NCBI GenBank assembly: GCA_945876945.1
Contig: CAMCQE010000006.1
Span: 1 to 62,706, forward strand
From: Klebsiella pneumoniae
Lineage (GTDB): Bacteria > Pseudomonadota > Gammaproteobacteria > Ga0077536
Reading direction: 5' to 3'
Length of the DNA stretch: 62,706 nt
The translations under genes and the position numbers were made by a program. The notes under the pieces are model-generated. The model had not been told where the DNA came from and did no database searches. It saw only the letters and a program-made list of their open reading frames with translations. Shown piece after piece: positions 43,418 to 53,671 of this stretch. The first letter of the stretch is position 1. Every line of letters starts with the position of its first letter.

Positions 43418-44072
43418 CGTCGAAAACCTCGGCAAAAGCTTCGTCAGCCCCGGGGGCGAACTGACCGTACTGGATGATATCAACTTCACCATTGCCCACG
43501 GCGAGACGGTAGCCATTCTCGGTGCTTCAGGCTCGGGCAAATCCACCTTGCTGGCGCTGATGGCCGGGCTAGAGGTGCCAACACGCGGACGTTGCGTGCT
43601 GAACAGTCACGATCTCAGCCGGCTCGATGAAGACGCGCGCGCAGCGGTACGGCGCGACACGCTGGGCTTCGTATTCCAGCAGTTTCATCTGCTGCCCGCG
43701 TTCACCGCACTCGAAAACGTGATGCTGCCCCTCGAACTCGCCGGCCGACCCACGCCGCGCGAAACCGCTGCCGCCATTCTTGACGCCGTAGGGCTGCGGG
43801 AGCGACAGGACCATTATCCGCGCCAACTTTCCGGCGGCGAGCAGCAGCGTGTGGCACTCGCGCGGGCTTATTGCACCTCGCCCCCTGTGCTCATGGCGGA
43901 CGAACCCACCGGCAATCTGGACGCCGCCACGGCGACCCAGATCGCAGACCTCCTCTTCGCGCTCAACGCCCAGCACGCAACCACGCTGGTGCTCGTCACC
44001 CACGACGAGAAACTCGCCGCCCGCTGCGCTCGTCGGATCCGGCTGGAAGCGGGCCGCCTGATTGCCAGCTGA
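43398..44072 (+). CDS. ybbA: ABC ATPase YbbA-like
   Basis: GASGSGKST, LSGGEQQRVA, ADEPTGNLD; divergent from tesA. Confidence 0.88.
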   Translation: MTNAILIVENLGKSFVSPGGELTVLDDINFTIAHGETVAILGASGSGKSTLLALMAGLEVPTRGRCVLNSHDLSRLDEDARAAVRRDTLGFVFQQFHLLPAFTALENVMLPLELAGRPTPRETAAAILDAVGLRERQDHYPRQLSGGEQQRVALARAYCTSPPVLMADEPTGNLDAATATQIADLLFALNAQHATTLVLVTHDEKLAARCARRIRLEAGRLIAS

Positions 44073-44096
44073 CACCCGCCAACTGAGGCACCCCAG

Positions 44097-46580
44097 TTGA
44101 ACGCCGCCACCCTGCGCCTTGCGCTCCGCTTCTTTCGCCGCGACCTCAGAAGCGCGCAGTTTCTTGTGATCGGACTTGCCGTGCTGGTCGCAGTGGGCAG
44201 CATCACCGCGGTAGGGAGTTTTACCGCCCGCGTGCGACTGGCATTGGACGAACAATCGCATGCCCTGCTGGCGGCTGATTTGGCGGTGCTGTCCAGCCAG
44301 CAGATTCCCGACAGCCTTGTCACTCAGGCCACGGCACTGGGTCTGCAGCACAGCCAGTATCTGGGCATGCGCACCATGCTGGCGGCCGGCGAGCGCCTGC
44401 ATTTAAGCGAATTGAAGGCCGTAGATACCGGTTATCCACTGCGCGGCGCACTCACCGTCAGAGACTCCCTGGTTGGCGCGGACTATCCCGCCACGACCAT
44501 TCCCTCGCCCGGCGAAGCCTGGGTGGATGTGCAGTTACCCGGACTGCTGGGAGTGGATATTGGCGACACGCTGTCGGTCGGCTCGGCGCAGATCAAAATC
44601 ACCAAAGTGCTCGTTTTAGAGCCCGACCGCGCGGGCGAATTCTTTGCGATCGCGCCTCGGGTGCTGGTGAATCGCGCGGATATTCCCGCCACCGGCCTCA
44701 TCGCGCCCGGCAGTCGCGTGCAGTACGCGCTGCTGCTAGCCGGGGAACGTGGGGCGCTGGCGCGCTTCCGCGATGAAGCCAAACTCGATCCCCACGCCCG
44801 TTTCAGCGCGCCGTCGGAAGCGCGTCCGGAAATCCGTGCGGCACTCACCCACGCCGAACAATTTCTCGGCATTGCCGCGCTTACCGCCACCACACTCGCC
44901 GGGATCGCCATTCTGCTGGCCGCTCGCAGCTATGCGAGTGAACGCACCGACAGCGTGGCGCTACTGCGCACCTTCGGCGCCAACCGCATGCAGATCATGG
45001 TGCTGGTGTTGGGCGAGTTGCTGCTGCTGGCGGTAAGCGCCTCGACGCTGGGCACGCTGCTGGGGTTTGGCTTGCAGGAAGTGCTGGCGCAAGTTTTGAA
45101 AGGCTGGACGGCCACCGCCTTGCCCGCGCCGCCGATTCAGGCCGCGCTACGGGGCTTTGCCGCCGGCGCGGTGGCGGTGGCGGGTTTCGGTCTCGCACCT
45201 TTGCTCGCGCTACGGCAGGTGCCACCCGCGCGAATCCTGCGACAGGATCTCCACGGCCCGGGCGTGCGGCCGCTCACGACATTCATATACGCCGTGGCCG
45301 CGATTACCCTCCTCGCCCCTTGGGACAGCGGCGACTGGCGTTTGACCAGTTGGGCCATCGTCGGCTTCTCGGGCGTGCTTGCCGGACTCGCGCTCAGCGG
45401 CTTCTTGCTGGTGAGTCTGCTGAGCGCGATGCGGAGTCAGGCGAGCATCGCCTGGCGGGCGGGGCTCGCCAATCTCGCGCGGCGCCGGGCGCAAAGCGTG
45501 TGGCAAATCTCGGCCCTGGGACTCGGCATCATGGCCTTGTTGCTGCTGGGTTTGCTCCGCACGGATCTCATGTCGCGCTGGCAGGAAACCTTGCCGGCCA
45601 GCACGCCGGACCAATTTCTGGTCAATATCCAGCCTGCGCAGGTCGACGCCCTCCAGCAGTTCATGCGCGCCCACCAACTGCCTGAAATTGCGCTCTATCC
45701 GATGGTGCGGGGCCGTTTATTGGCGATCGGCGACCATCGGGTAAGCCCGGACGACTACGACGATCCGCGCTCCAAGCGGCTCGTCGATCGGGAATTCAAC
45801 CTGTCCTGGAGCGACGCGTTGCGCGCTGACAACCGCATCATCACCGGCCAGTTCTGGCCGCCGTCGGCCCAGCCGCAATTCTCGGTGGAAGTGGACTTGG
45901 CGAAGCGCTTGGGGATTACCGTTGGCGACACTTTGCGCTTCAGCATCGCGGACCGGGAAGTGGAGGCGCCCGTGACCAGTTTGCGCGAAGTAGCGTGGGA
46001 CTCCATGAAGGTGAATTTCTTCGTGCTGGCGCCGCCCGGACTGCTGTCGAATCAACCCGCCACCTTCATTTCCAGCTTCAAGGCGCCTGCCAACCAGCCC
46101 ACGCTGTTGCGGGAACTCGTGGCAGCCTTCCCCAACATTACGGTGATCGACGTAGGCGCGCTGGTCACACAGGTCAGAGAGATCATGGCGCGGGTCGTTG
46201 AAGCCGTGCAGTTTGTATTTCTGTTTACGCTCGCGGCTGGCGTCGTCGTGCTCGTCGCGGCGCTGAAGGCCACGCAGGCCGAACGCCTGTACGACGCGGT
46301 GATCATGAAAACCTTAGGCGCACCGCGCCGGCTAATCGCCACCGCCGTCGCCGTGGAGTTCACAGCGCTGGGCGCCTGCGCAGGACTCGTTGGCGGCCTC
46401 GGCGCGTGGGCCAGCGGCTGGCTCATCGCCCACAAGGTGCTGCGCATTGCCTACGATTTTCAGCCGGCAGTGATTGCCATTGGCGTTCTGGCCGGACTGC
46501 TCGCGATCGTGGCCGTGGGGCTGTACGCGGTACTCAGCGCGCTGCGCGAGCCGGTAACCAGCGCGCTGCGCAAACTCTAG
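44097..46580 (+). CDS. ybbP: FtsX/MacB-like ABC permease YbbP
   Basis: YPLRG, EPDR, GSRV, FLVNIQP, YPMVRGRL, REFNLSW, SLREVAWDSMKVNFF. Confidence 0.88.
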   Translation: MNAATLRLALRFFRRDLRSAQFLVIGLAVLVAVGSITAVGSFTARVRLALDEQSHALLAADLAVLSSQQIPDSLVTQATALGLQHSQYLGMRTMLAAGERLHLSELKAVDTGYPLRGALTVRDSLVGADYPATTIPSPGEAWVDVQLPGLLGVDIGDTLSVGSAQIKITKVLVLEPDRAGEFFAIAPRVLVNRADIPATGLIAPGSRVQYALLLAGERGALARFRDEAKLDPHARFSAPSEARPEIRAALTHAEQFLGIAALTATTLAGIAILLAARSYASERTDSVALLRTFGANRMQIMVLVLGELLLLAVSASTLGTLLGFGLQEVLAQVLKGWTATALPAPPIQAALRGFAAGAVAVAGFGLAPLLALRQVPPARILRQDLHGPGVRPLTTFIYAVAAITLLAPWDSGDWRLTSWAIVGFSGVLAGLALSGFLLVSLLSAMRSQASIAWRAGLANLARRRAQSVWQISALGLGIMALLLLGLLRTDLMSRWQETLPASTPDQFLVNIQPAQVDALQQFMRAHQLPEIALYPMVRGRLLAIGDHRVSPDDYDDPRSKRLVDREFNLSWSDALRADNRIITGQFWPPSAQPQFSVEVDLAKRLGITVGDTLRFSIADREVEAPVTSLREVAWDSMKVNFFVLAPPGLLSNQPATFISSFKAPANQPTLLRELVAAFPNITVIDVGALVTQVREIMARVVEAVQFVFLFTLAAGVVVLVAALKATQAERLYDAVIMKTLGAPRRLIATAVAVEFTALGACAGLVGGLGAWASGWLIAHKVLRIAYDFQPAVIAIGVLAGLLAIVAVGLYAVLSALREPVTSALRKL

Positions 46581-46939
46581 TCCAGCCGATGATCTGCATT
46601 GGCGCGCCAGGGTGGGCTGCAAATCGCCAGAAAGCGCAAGGTGCACTGGCCGACGTTCTCGATCCACTGCTCGAGCAGCGGCGGAATGACGGCCGCATCG
46701 CCGGCCACCACGCGCGCGGTTTCCGTCCCGATGTGCAAATCGCCCTCGCCTTCCAGAATGAAATAGACTTCCGACTGCTCCAGCCAGTGCCGATAGGTTG
46801 CTTCGCCCACCGCCACCTCGGCCAGCGCCAGTGAGTAGTCGAGGCGACAGTCGCCATGAGACGGGTGCAACACTTCCCGAATCAAACAGCCGTCGTTGGC
46901 GATGAATGCTGGTAGCGAAGAAACGCGTTTGATGAGCAT
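46577..46939 (-). CDS. Cupin domain protein
   Basis: DGCLIREVLHP, YSLALAEV, H...EVYFILEGEG, IPP...QWIEN, FLAICSPP. Confidence 0.85.
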   Translation of the reverse strand: MLIKRVSSLPAFIANDGCLIREVLHPSHGDCRLDYSLALAEVAVGEATYRHWLEQSEVYFILEGEGDLHIGTETARVVAGDAAVIPPLLEQWIENVGQCTLRFLAICSPPWRANADHRLD

Positions 46940-47007
46940 GGCCATCCCGGGGCAAGGGTATTCAACAACCGCGAACCATTCGCGGCCTACATGGAGCATA
47001 GACGAGT

Positions 47008-48099
47008 ATGGCGCGCTATCGCGGCACCGCTGAATTCAAACATGGCGCAGCCGCGCCCATCGGCATCCTGCTTTGTAACCTGGGCACGCCGGAAGCGCCG
47101 ACGACCAGCGCGGTGCGCACTTATCTGGCCGAATTTCTGGCCGACCCGCGCATCGTCGAGCTCCCACGCGTGCTCTGGATGCCGATCCTTCACGGCATCA
47201 TCCTGAACGTCCGTCCCCGCCGCTCGGCCCACGCCTACGCCCAAATCTGGACTGCAGAAGGCTCGCCCCTGATGACCAATTCTCGCGCGCAGCACGCGGC
47301 CGTGAGCGAGGCGCTGGAAGCGGCGGCCCCGGGTCATTACAAGGTGGCGCTGGGCATGCGCTACGGGCAACCTTCGATTGCCAGCGCCTTGCGCGAACTG
47401 GCGGCCGCCAACGTGCGTCGCGTACTGGTATTGCCGCTGTATCCGCAGTACTCCGCGCCGTCCACCGCCTCGGTAATCGACGCCGTCACCGCCGAGCTTC
47501 GCGATTGGCGCTGGGTGCCGGAACTGCGCACGGTGATGGATTACCACGCCGACGAGGATTACATCGAAGCGCTGGCCAGTTCAGTCCGGGAATATCGGGC
47601 GAACCACGGCAGCGGCGAGCGCTTGATGATTTCCTTCCACGGCATTCCGCGCCGCTATTTTCTGGCCGGCGATCCTTACTTCTGCCAATGCCAAGCGACC
47701 GCGCGCTTACTCGCGGAACGTCTGGGCTTGCGCAAGGACGAGTGGCTGGTGACTTTCCAGTCCCGCTTCGGGCGGGAGAAATGGCTGGAACCCTACACCG
47801 ACATCACGCTGGCGCAGATGGCACGCGATGGCCTGCGCAAGGTAGACGTGGTCTGCCCCGGCTTCGCGGCGGATTGTCTGGAAACGCTGGAAGAAATTGC
47901 CGTCCAGAACCGCGAAGGTTTCGAGGCCGCAGGCGGTCACGAGCTGCGCTACATCCCGGCCTTGAACCAGCGCCCGGACCATATTCAGTTGCTGCTGAAA
48001 CTCATCCATCAGCACACGGCTGGATGGCCGGGGCCGGCAGACGTTGCGGCCCGCACCGAAGCGGCGACCAGAGCGCGAACCATGGGCGCCGTGCTGTAA
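47008..48099 (+). CDS. hemH: Ferrochelatase
   Basis: NLGTP, MRYGQP, PLYPQYS, SFHGIP, FQSRFG..WLEP, CLETLEEI. Confidence 0.97.
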   Translation: MARYRGTAEFKHGAAAPIGILLCNLGTPEAPTTSAVRTYLAEFLADPRIVELPRVLWMPILHGIILNVRPRRSAHAYAQIWTAEGSPLMTNSRAQHAAVSEALEAAAPGHYKVALGMRYGQPSIASALRELAAANVRRVLVLPLYPQYSAPSTASVIDAVTAELRDWRWVPELRTVMDYHADEDYIEALASSVREYRANHGSGERLMISFHGIPRRYFLAGDPYFCQCQATARLLAERLGLRKDEWLVTFQSRFGREKWLEPYTDITLAQMARDGLRKVDVVCPGFAADCLETLEEIAVQNREGFEAAGGHELRYIPALNQRPDHIQLLLKLIHQHTAGWPGPADVAARTEAATRARTMGAVL

Positions 48100-48124
48100 G
48101 AAAAATGCCAGCCCCGAACGGGGC

Positions 48125-48409
48125 TCAGGCGGTGACTTCTACCCCGCGCCAGAACGCGAAGTACCCTTCGATGTGTTTGGCGTCGGGCTTGCACTCGGGG
48201 TAGTACCAGCAGGCGTCGCGATTGATCTGCCCCTCAACCACCACATCGTAATAGCTCGCCGTGCCTTTCCAGGAGCACACGGTGTGGGTGCTGCTCGGCT
48301 GCACGAACTCGCGTTTCAGCGCCTCCGGCGGAAAGTAATAGTTGCCTTCCACCGTTTTGCAGTCGTTCGATTCGGCGATTACCGCGCCGTTCCAGCGTGC
48401 CTGTGGCAT
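48125..48409 (-). CDS. DUF427 domain protein
   Basis: ARWNGAVIAES, VEGNYYFP, CSWKGTASYY, AFWRGV. Confidence 0.88.
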   Translation of the reverse strand: MPQARWNGAVIAESNDCKTVEGNYYFPPEALKREFVQPSSTHTVCSWKGTASYYDVVVEGQINRDACWYYPECKPDAKHIEGYFAFWRGVEVTA

Positions 48410-48421
48410 TACATTCGCTCC

Positions 48422-48853
48422 TCAAGATTGGGCCGCATCACCCTGCACCGTGACAATCACGGTGCGCCGATGCGGCGCGTGTCGATGTTCCCATAAATAA
48501 ATGCCCTGCCAGGTGCCGAGCGCGCAGCGACCGTCGGTGACTGGCACGCTTAAGCCTGCGCCGGTTAACAGGGTGCGCAGATGCGCGGCCATGTCGTCGG
48601 GTCCTTCGTCGGTATGCGTGAACCACGATGCGCCGTCTGGCGACACCCGTTGCATGAAGGTTTCAAGGTCGCGCCGGACCGCCGGATCTGCGTTCTCGGC
48701 AATGAGCAGCGCGGCGCTGGTGTGTTGCAGAAACAGATGACACAGCCCGGTGGCGATGCCGCTCGCCTGTACCGCGCGTTGGACTTCTGAGGTGATCTCC
48801 TGCGTACCACGTCCGCGGGTGAGCACTTCCAGCCGCGACTGATGCACCGGCAT
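48422..48853 (-). CDS. yjbQ: YjbQ/UPF0047 family protein
   Basis: HTSAALLIAENADP, HTDEGPDDMAAH, LGTWQGIYLWEHR. Confidence 0.9.
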   Translation of the reverse strand: MPVHQSRLEVLTRGRGTQEITSEVQRAVQASGIATGLCHLFLQHTSAALLIAENADPAVRRDLETFMQRVSPDGASWFTHTDEGPDDMAAHLRTLLTGAGLSVPVTDGRCALGTWQGIYLWEHRHAPHRRTVIVTVQGDAAQS

Positions 48854-48858
48854 CGTCG

Positions 48859-49425
48859 TCAGTCGCGCTGCTGAAGGACGCTCGCCAAGGCCCGGCGACT
48901 TTGCGCCGGCACGCTCTGCGGGTAGCCATACCAGACGATGCCAACACAGAATTCGGCCGGGGTCGCGCCAATCAGCGGCAAAAAGCCGGGGTCCCGGGTG
49001 ACCTTGCCGGTGGACCATTTACTGCCGACGCCAGCGCTCCACAGGGCGAGCATGAAGTTTTGGATCGCGCAGCTACACGCGGCGTAGTCTTCGCGCTCGC
49101 GTTCCGGATCCTCGCTGCGTTGACAGGTCACCACCAGCCAGCCCGGCATCGCACGCCAACGGCGCAACTTGGCCGCAGCCGCGTCCTCGCCGCTTTTGCG
49201 CCTGACGACCTCCGCGTTCAACAGACTCACGGCTTCGGCCGCCTGCGGGCCCAGCAAGTAAAAGCGCCAGGGTTCCGTCAGCCGGTGATTGGGCGCCCAG
49301 CAGGCGGCCTCCAAGGCGGAGTGCACAAGCGCTTGCGGCGGCGTACCAGGGAGAAAATCATGCACCGTGCGCCGCTGCTGGAGGGTGTCGAGCAGGCTGA
49401 CCGCAGCCTCGGTAATCGCGTTCAT
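48859..49425 (-). CDS. Nitroreductase family protein (YdjA-like)
   Basis: RRTVHDF, WAPNHRLTEPWRF, EDYAACSCAIQN, KWSTG. Confidence 0.88.
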   Translation of the reverse strand: MNAITEAAVSLLDTLQQRRTVHDFLPGTPPQALVHSALEAACWAPNHRLTEPWRFYLLGPQAAEAVSLLNAEVVRRKSGEDAAAAKLRRWRAMPGWLVVTCQRSEDPEREREDYAACSCAIQNFMLALWSAGVGSKWSTGKVTRDPGFLPLIGATPAEFCVGIVWYGYPQSVPAQSRRALASVLQQRD

Positions 49426-49488
49426 AAGCGCTCTCTCTCAAACGAAACATTGCGTCCTCAGGAAGCTGTGAGGACAATTGTGGGTTGC

Positions 49489-51417
49489 ATGAATTCTCGC
49501 ATACTGACCTTGCTCCTGTTGGGGTTCGCCAGCGCCGTGATGGCGACGCCGAACGACGATCAACGTGCCCGCTTCAAAGCGGCCTACGCCGAAGCGCAGG
49601 CCGGCGGCCCGCGGCTCGCAACGCTGGCCAACGGCCTTGAGCCCTATCTGCTCTATCCCTATTTGCGCTTTGAAACCCTGAAACGCCAGCTGCCCGATTT
49701 GCCGGTAGCGGACGTCGAAACTTTTCTCGACGCTAATCGCGGCACGTTTCTGGCCGGCCGCATGCGCGAGGAATGGTTGCGCGAACTGGGCAAGCAGCAC
49801 CAATGGGCGCTGTATGAGCGCTTCTACCAGCTGACCACCAAAACCGACTTGGCCTGCATTGCGCTTCGCGCCCAGTTTGAACTCGGCAAGCTGAAAAGCC
49901 TTAATGAAGCTGCCCGCACGCTCTGGGCATCGGCAAAATCGAGCAGCGATGCCTGCTCGCCGGCTTTCGAAGCCCTCTATGCGCAACGTTTGTTGACCGA
50001 CGAGACGGTGCGCGATCGCATCTGGCTCGCCCTCAGGGCTAATCGGCCCGATTTCGCCGGCTATCTCTTACGCACCTACACGCCGGATCGCAAAACGCTG
50101 GGCACGCTGGTGGATGCTGTCAGGCGGCACCCGGCCGGGGCCGCGCAGATGCCGGCGCTGCGCACCGACACCCCAAGAAACCGCGCGCTGCTGGGTGTCG
50201 CCCTGACCAAACTGGCTGGCCACGACGCCGTCGCCGCGCGGCAGCTGTGGCTGAGCGTTGAACATCGTTACCAGTTTCCCCGCGACCATCGAGCCACACT
50301 GCTCCGTTCGCTTGCGCTGGCCGCGGTGGCACAGAACACCCCAAACCAGCTCGGGCTGCTCGATCAGGTACCGGAAACCGGCCCCGACGAACTGCTGGAG
50401 CGCGTGCGTCTGAAAGCCGCACTGAAATCCCGCGACTGGAATCGCATCCTGCGCTTGAGCAAGGACCACAAGCCGCATTCCGGCAATCGACTGCGTTTGG
50501 CTTACTGGCACGCGCGCGCGTTGGAACAGCGCGGGCATGCCGAAGAGGCGCGGAGCGCGTACGCCGAAGTGGCCAAAGAGCGCGATTACTACGGTTTTAT
50601 GGCCAGCGACCGCATTAATGCGGCGTACACGCTGGACATCACCCCCGTCCGCCCCGAGCCGCGCGAACTCAATGGCATCAAGGCGCTGCCCGGCATTCAG
50701 CGGGCACAGGAATTTGAGCAGCTTGGCATGTCGGCAGAATCCCGCCGCGAATGGCTGTGGACGCTGGATCAACTCTCACGGCGAGAAGTCGAACTCGCCG
50801 CCCGCATCGCCTACGAACTGGGCTGGTACGACCGCGCGATTTTCGCGCTGGGCAAAATCGAGTCCTACGACGATGCCGAGGTGCGTTTTCCCATCGTCTT
50901 CAAAGAGAAAGTGCTGGCCTCCGCCGACGAAATGGAAATCTCGCCGGCCAAGGTTTACGCCATTATTCGCGGCGAAAGTGCTTTTGTGATTGAAGCGCGC
51001 TCGGGCGCCGGCGCGCTCGGCTTGATGCAGCTGATGCCCGCGACCGGCATGGAGACCGCGCGGCGGATGGGCATGAACCTGCGCAGTCCAACGGAGCTCC
51101 TCGATCCGGACAAAAACATCCAACTCGGCAGCGCTTACCTGCGTCAGGTCATCAAGCAGTTCAACGGCAATTTCGCGTTGGCCGCGGCGGCCTACAATGC
51201 GGGGCCCTCGCGGGTGAAATCCTGGTATCCGCGAAACCAGTGTGTGCCGGCGGATTTGTGGGTGGAAACTATCCCCTTCGCCGAAACCGAAGGCTATGTG
51301 CGACGTGCGCTGTTCTACGCGGCGCTTTACGAATATCGACTGGGACTACCCTCAACCCGGCTTGCCACCCAATTGGGATGGCTCTCACCGGACGGCGCCC
51401 GTCCCGACAAATGCTGA
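49489..51417 (+). CDS. slt: Soluble lytic murein transglycosylase Slt70-like
   Basis: Signal peptide; YLLYPYL, RDYYGFMA, IRGESAF, GALGLMQLMPAT, AAYNAGP, ETIPFAET. Confidence 0.92.
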   Translation: MNSRILTLLLLGFASAVMATPNDDQRARFKAAYAEAQAGGPRLATLANGLEPYLLYPYLRFETLKRQLPDLPVADVETFLDANRGTFLAGRMREEWLRELGKQHQWALYERFYQLTTKTDLACIALRAQFELGKLKSLNEAARTLWASAKSSSDACSPAFEALYAQRLLTDETVRDRIWLALRANRPDFAGYLLRTYTPDRKTLGTLVDAVRRHPAGAAQMPALRTDTPRNRALLGVALTKLAGHDAVAARQLWLSVEHRYQFPRDHRATLLRSLALAAVAQNTPNQLGLLDQVPETGPDELLERVRLKAALKSRDWNRILRLSKDHKPHSGNRLRLAYWHARALEQRGHAEEARSAYAEVAKERDYYGFMASDRINAAYTLDITPVRPEPRELNGIKALPGIQRAQEFEQLGMSAESRREWLWTLDQLSRREVELAARIAYELGWYDRAIFALGKIESYDDAEVRFPIVFKEKVLASADEMEISPAKVYAIIRGESAFVIEARSGAGALGLMQLMPATGMETARRMGMNLRSPTELLDPDKNIQLGSAYLRQVIKQFNGNFALAAAAYNAGPSRVKSWYPRNQCVPADLWVETIPFAETEGYVRRALFYAALYEYRLGLPSTRLATQLGWLSPDGARPDKC

Positions 51418-51466
51418 TCGCCACCGGCGCCGGCTTTTAGGCGCCACTCATCAGGAGCCAAGATTG

Positions 51467-52423
51467 ATGTCAAAGGGACCCGTAGTGATTCTCGGCGGCA
51501 GCGGCTTTGTGGGCCGCAGCCTGTGTGAACATCTGGCACGTGCCGGCTACGCCGCCAAAGTGCTCACCCGCGCCAGACTGCATGCCCGCGACCTCTGGAT
51601 GCTGCCCAATACTGAAGTCGTGAACTGCAATGTCTACGATGAAGCGGCGCTCGCCCAGTGTCTGCAAGGCGCCGTAGCGGTCATCAATCTGGTGGGGATT
51701 CTCAACGAGCCGGGCGATTCCGGCGCGGGCTTTCGCCACGCCCATGTCGATCTGACCCGCACGGTGCTTGCCGCCTGCCGCCAAGCCCATGTGGGGCGTT
51801 ACCTGCACATGAGCGCCTTGAACGCCGCGCCCGACGCGCCCAGTCACTATCTGCAAACCAAGGGCGAGGCCGAAGCGCTGGTGGCCGCCAGCAACGATCT
51901 GGCGTGGACGATTATTCGACCCTCGGTGATTTTTGGGCCCGGCGACGGGCTCTTTGTGCGCTTTCACGATTTGCTGAGTCTGGCCCCGGTGCTCCCGCTC
52001 GCCTGCGCTGCGGCGCGCTTTCAGCCGGTGTGCGTGGTGGATGTGGCGGAGGCTTTCGTCACCGCGCTGAACGATAAAAGCACCGTTGGCCAACGCTACG
52101 ACCTCGGCGGTCCGCGGGTGATGACGCTGGCAGAAATCGTGCGTTACGGACTCGCCACCAGCGGCCGCTGCCGGCTCATCCTGCCGCTGGGCGCAGGGCT
52201 CTCGCGCGTGCTGGCCGAAGTAATGGAACACCTGCCCGGCAAGCCTTTTTCGCGCGACAACCTGCGCTCGGCGAACCTCGACAGCGTCTTGCCGGCGGGC
52301 CACGACGGCTTGGCCGCGCTGGGCATCGCGAAGACGCCAGTGGAGGCCATCGTGCCCGGCTATCTCGGTCACACCGGCTCGCTGGCGCGCTACGACCGAT
52401 TGCGTCGGCACGCCGGGCGTTAA
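51467..52423 (+). CDS. Complex I NDUFA9-family atypical SDR
   Basis: GGSGFVG, INLVGILNE, HMSAL, SHYLQTKGEAE, RPSVIFG, FQPV. Confidence 0.88.
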   Translation: MSKGPVVILGGSGFVGRSLCEHLARAGYAAKVLTRARLHARDLWMLPNTEVVNCNVYDEAALAQCLQGAVAVINLVGILNEPGDSGAGFRHAHVDLTRTVLAACRQAHVGRYLHMSALNAAPDAPSHYLQTKGEAEALVAASNDLAWTIIRPSVIFGPGDGLFVRFHDLLSLAPVLPLACAAARFQPVCVVDVAEAFVTALNDKSTVGQRYDLGGPRVMTLAEIVRYGLATSGRCRLILPLGAGLSRVLAEVMEHLPGKPFSRDNLRSANLDSVLPAGHDGLAALGIAKTPVEAIVPGYLGHTGSLARYDRLRRHAGR

Positions 52424-52444
52424 ACCGCGCCGGCACACCACGGC

Positions 52445-53671
52445 ATGAAAATCTACAAGGTGGGCGGCGCGGTGCGCGACCGCCTGCTGGGCATTGCAAG
52501 CAAGGACTGCGACTGGGTGGTGGTTGGCGGCTCCGCCGACGCCTTGCGCGAGGCAGGCTACCGTCAGGTCGGCCAGGATTTCCCCGTGTTCCTGCATCCG
52601 CAAACCAACGAGGAATACGCGCTGGCGCGCACCGAGCGCAAACGCGGCACCGGCTATCGCGGGTTTGAGGTGGACGCCTCCAGCGCGGTCACGCTGGAGG
52701 AAGATCTGGCCCGCCGCGACCTCACCATTAACGCGATGGCCGAGGACGACGCGGGGCTGGTGATCGACCCCTATGACGGGCAACGCGATCTGGCCGCCGG
52801 CATTCTTAGGCACGTGACGGCTGCCTTTGTGGAAGACCCGTTGCGCGTGCTCCGGGTGGCGCGCTTTGCCGCGCGCTTCGGTTTTCCGGTCGCGCCCGAA
52901 ACGCAGGATCTCATGCGAGCGCTGGCCGCCAGCGGTGAACTCGACACCCTCACACCTGAGCGACTGTGGCGAGAACTCGAGCGCGCGCTGCTGGAGCCGT
53001 ATCCCTGGCGTTTTATCGAAGTGCTCCGGGAATGCGATGCGCTGCGCGTGCTGTTGCCCGAAGTGGATGCGCTGTTCGGCGTGCCGCAACCCGCACGCCA
53101 TCACCCGGAGATTGATTGCGGCGAGCACCTGCTGTTAACGCTCAAACAGGCCGTTCGCCTGCATGCCAACGGGCGCGTGCGCTACGCGGTGCTGCTGCAT
53201 GATTTGGGCAAAGCCGTGACGCCGGCCCAGCTGCTGCCGAGCCATCACGGCCATCAGGAATCTAGCGCCAGACTTGCCGAGGCCGTCTCACAACGTCTGC
53301 GGGCCCCGCAGGCTTATCGCGAACTGGCGGTGCTGGTGGCGCGGCATCACGTCACCGTGCATCAGGCGCTCGAACTGCGCCCCGGCACGGTGGTGGACCT
53401 GCTCGAAAAACTCGATGCTTTCCGTCGCCCCGAGCGCTTTGAAGAAGTGCTGTTGGCCTGTCTCATCGATGCCACCGGCCGTGGCGGTAAGGCAGATTCG
53501 CCTTACCCGCAGGCCGAGCGCTTACGCACCGCGCTGGCGAAAGTGCTGACGCTGGACGTGCGCGAGGTGCTCGCCAAAATCCCGCCGGGGCCCGCAGTAA
53601 AAGACGCCATTCGCCGGGCGCGCATGCGCTTGCTCAGCCCGGACGAGGCCGGGACTAGTGGGGAGGACTAG
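52445..53671 (+). CDS. cca: Multifunctional CCA-adding/repair enzyme
   Basis: VGGAVRD, EYALARTERK, RRDLTINAMA, EDPLRVLRVARF, HHPEID, LLHDLGK. Confidence 0.97.
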   Translation: MKIYKVGGAVRDRLLGIASKDCDWVVVGGSADALREAGYRQVGQDFPVFLHPQTNEEYALARTERKRGTGYRGFEVDASSAVTLEEDLARRDLTINAMAEDDAGLVIDPYDGQRDLAAGILRHVTAAFVEDPLRVLRVARFAARFGFPVAPETQDLMRALAASGELDTLTPERLWRELERALLEPYPWRFIEVLRECDALRVLLPEVDALFGVPQPARHHPEIDCGEHLLLTLKQAVRLHANGRVRYAVLLHDLGKAVTPAQLLPSHHGHQESSARLAEAVSQRLRAPQAYRELAVLVARHHVTVHQALELRPGTVVDLLEKLDAFRRPERFEEVLLACLIDATGRGGKADSPYPQAERLRTALAKVLTLDVREVLAKIPPGPAVKDAIRRARMRLLSPDEAGTSGED

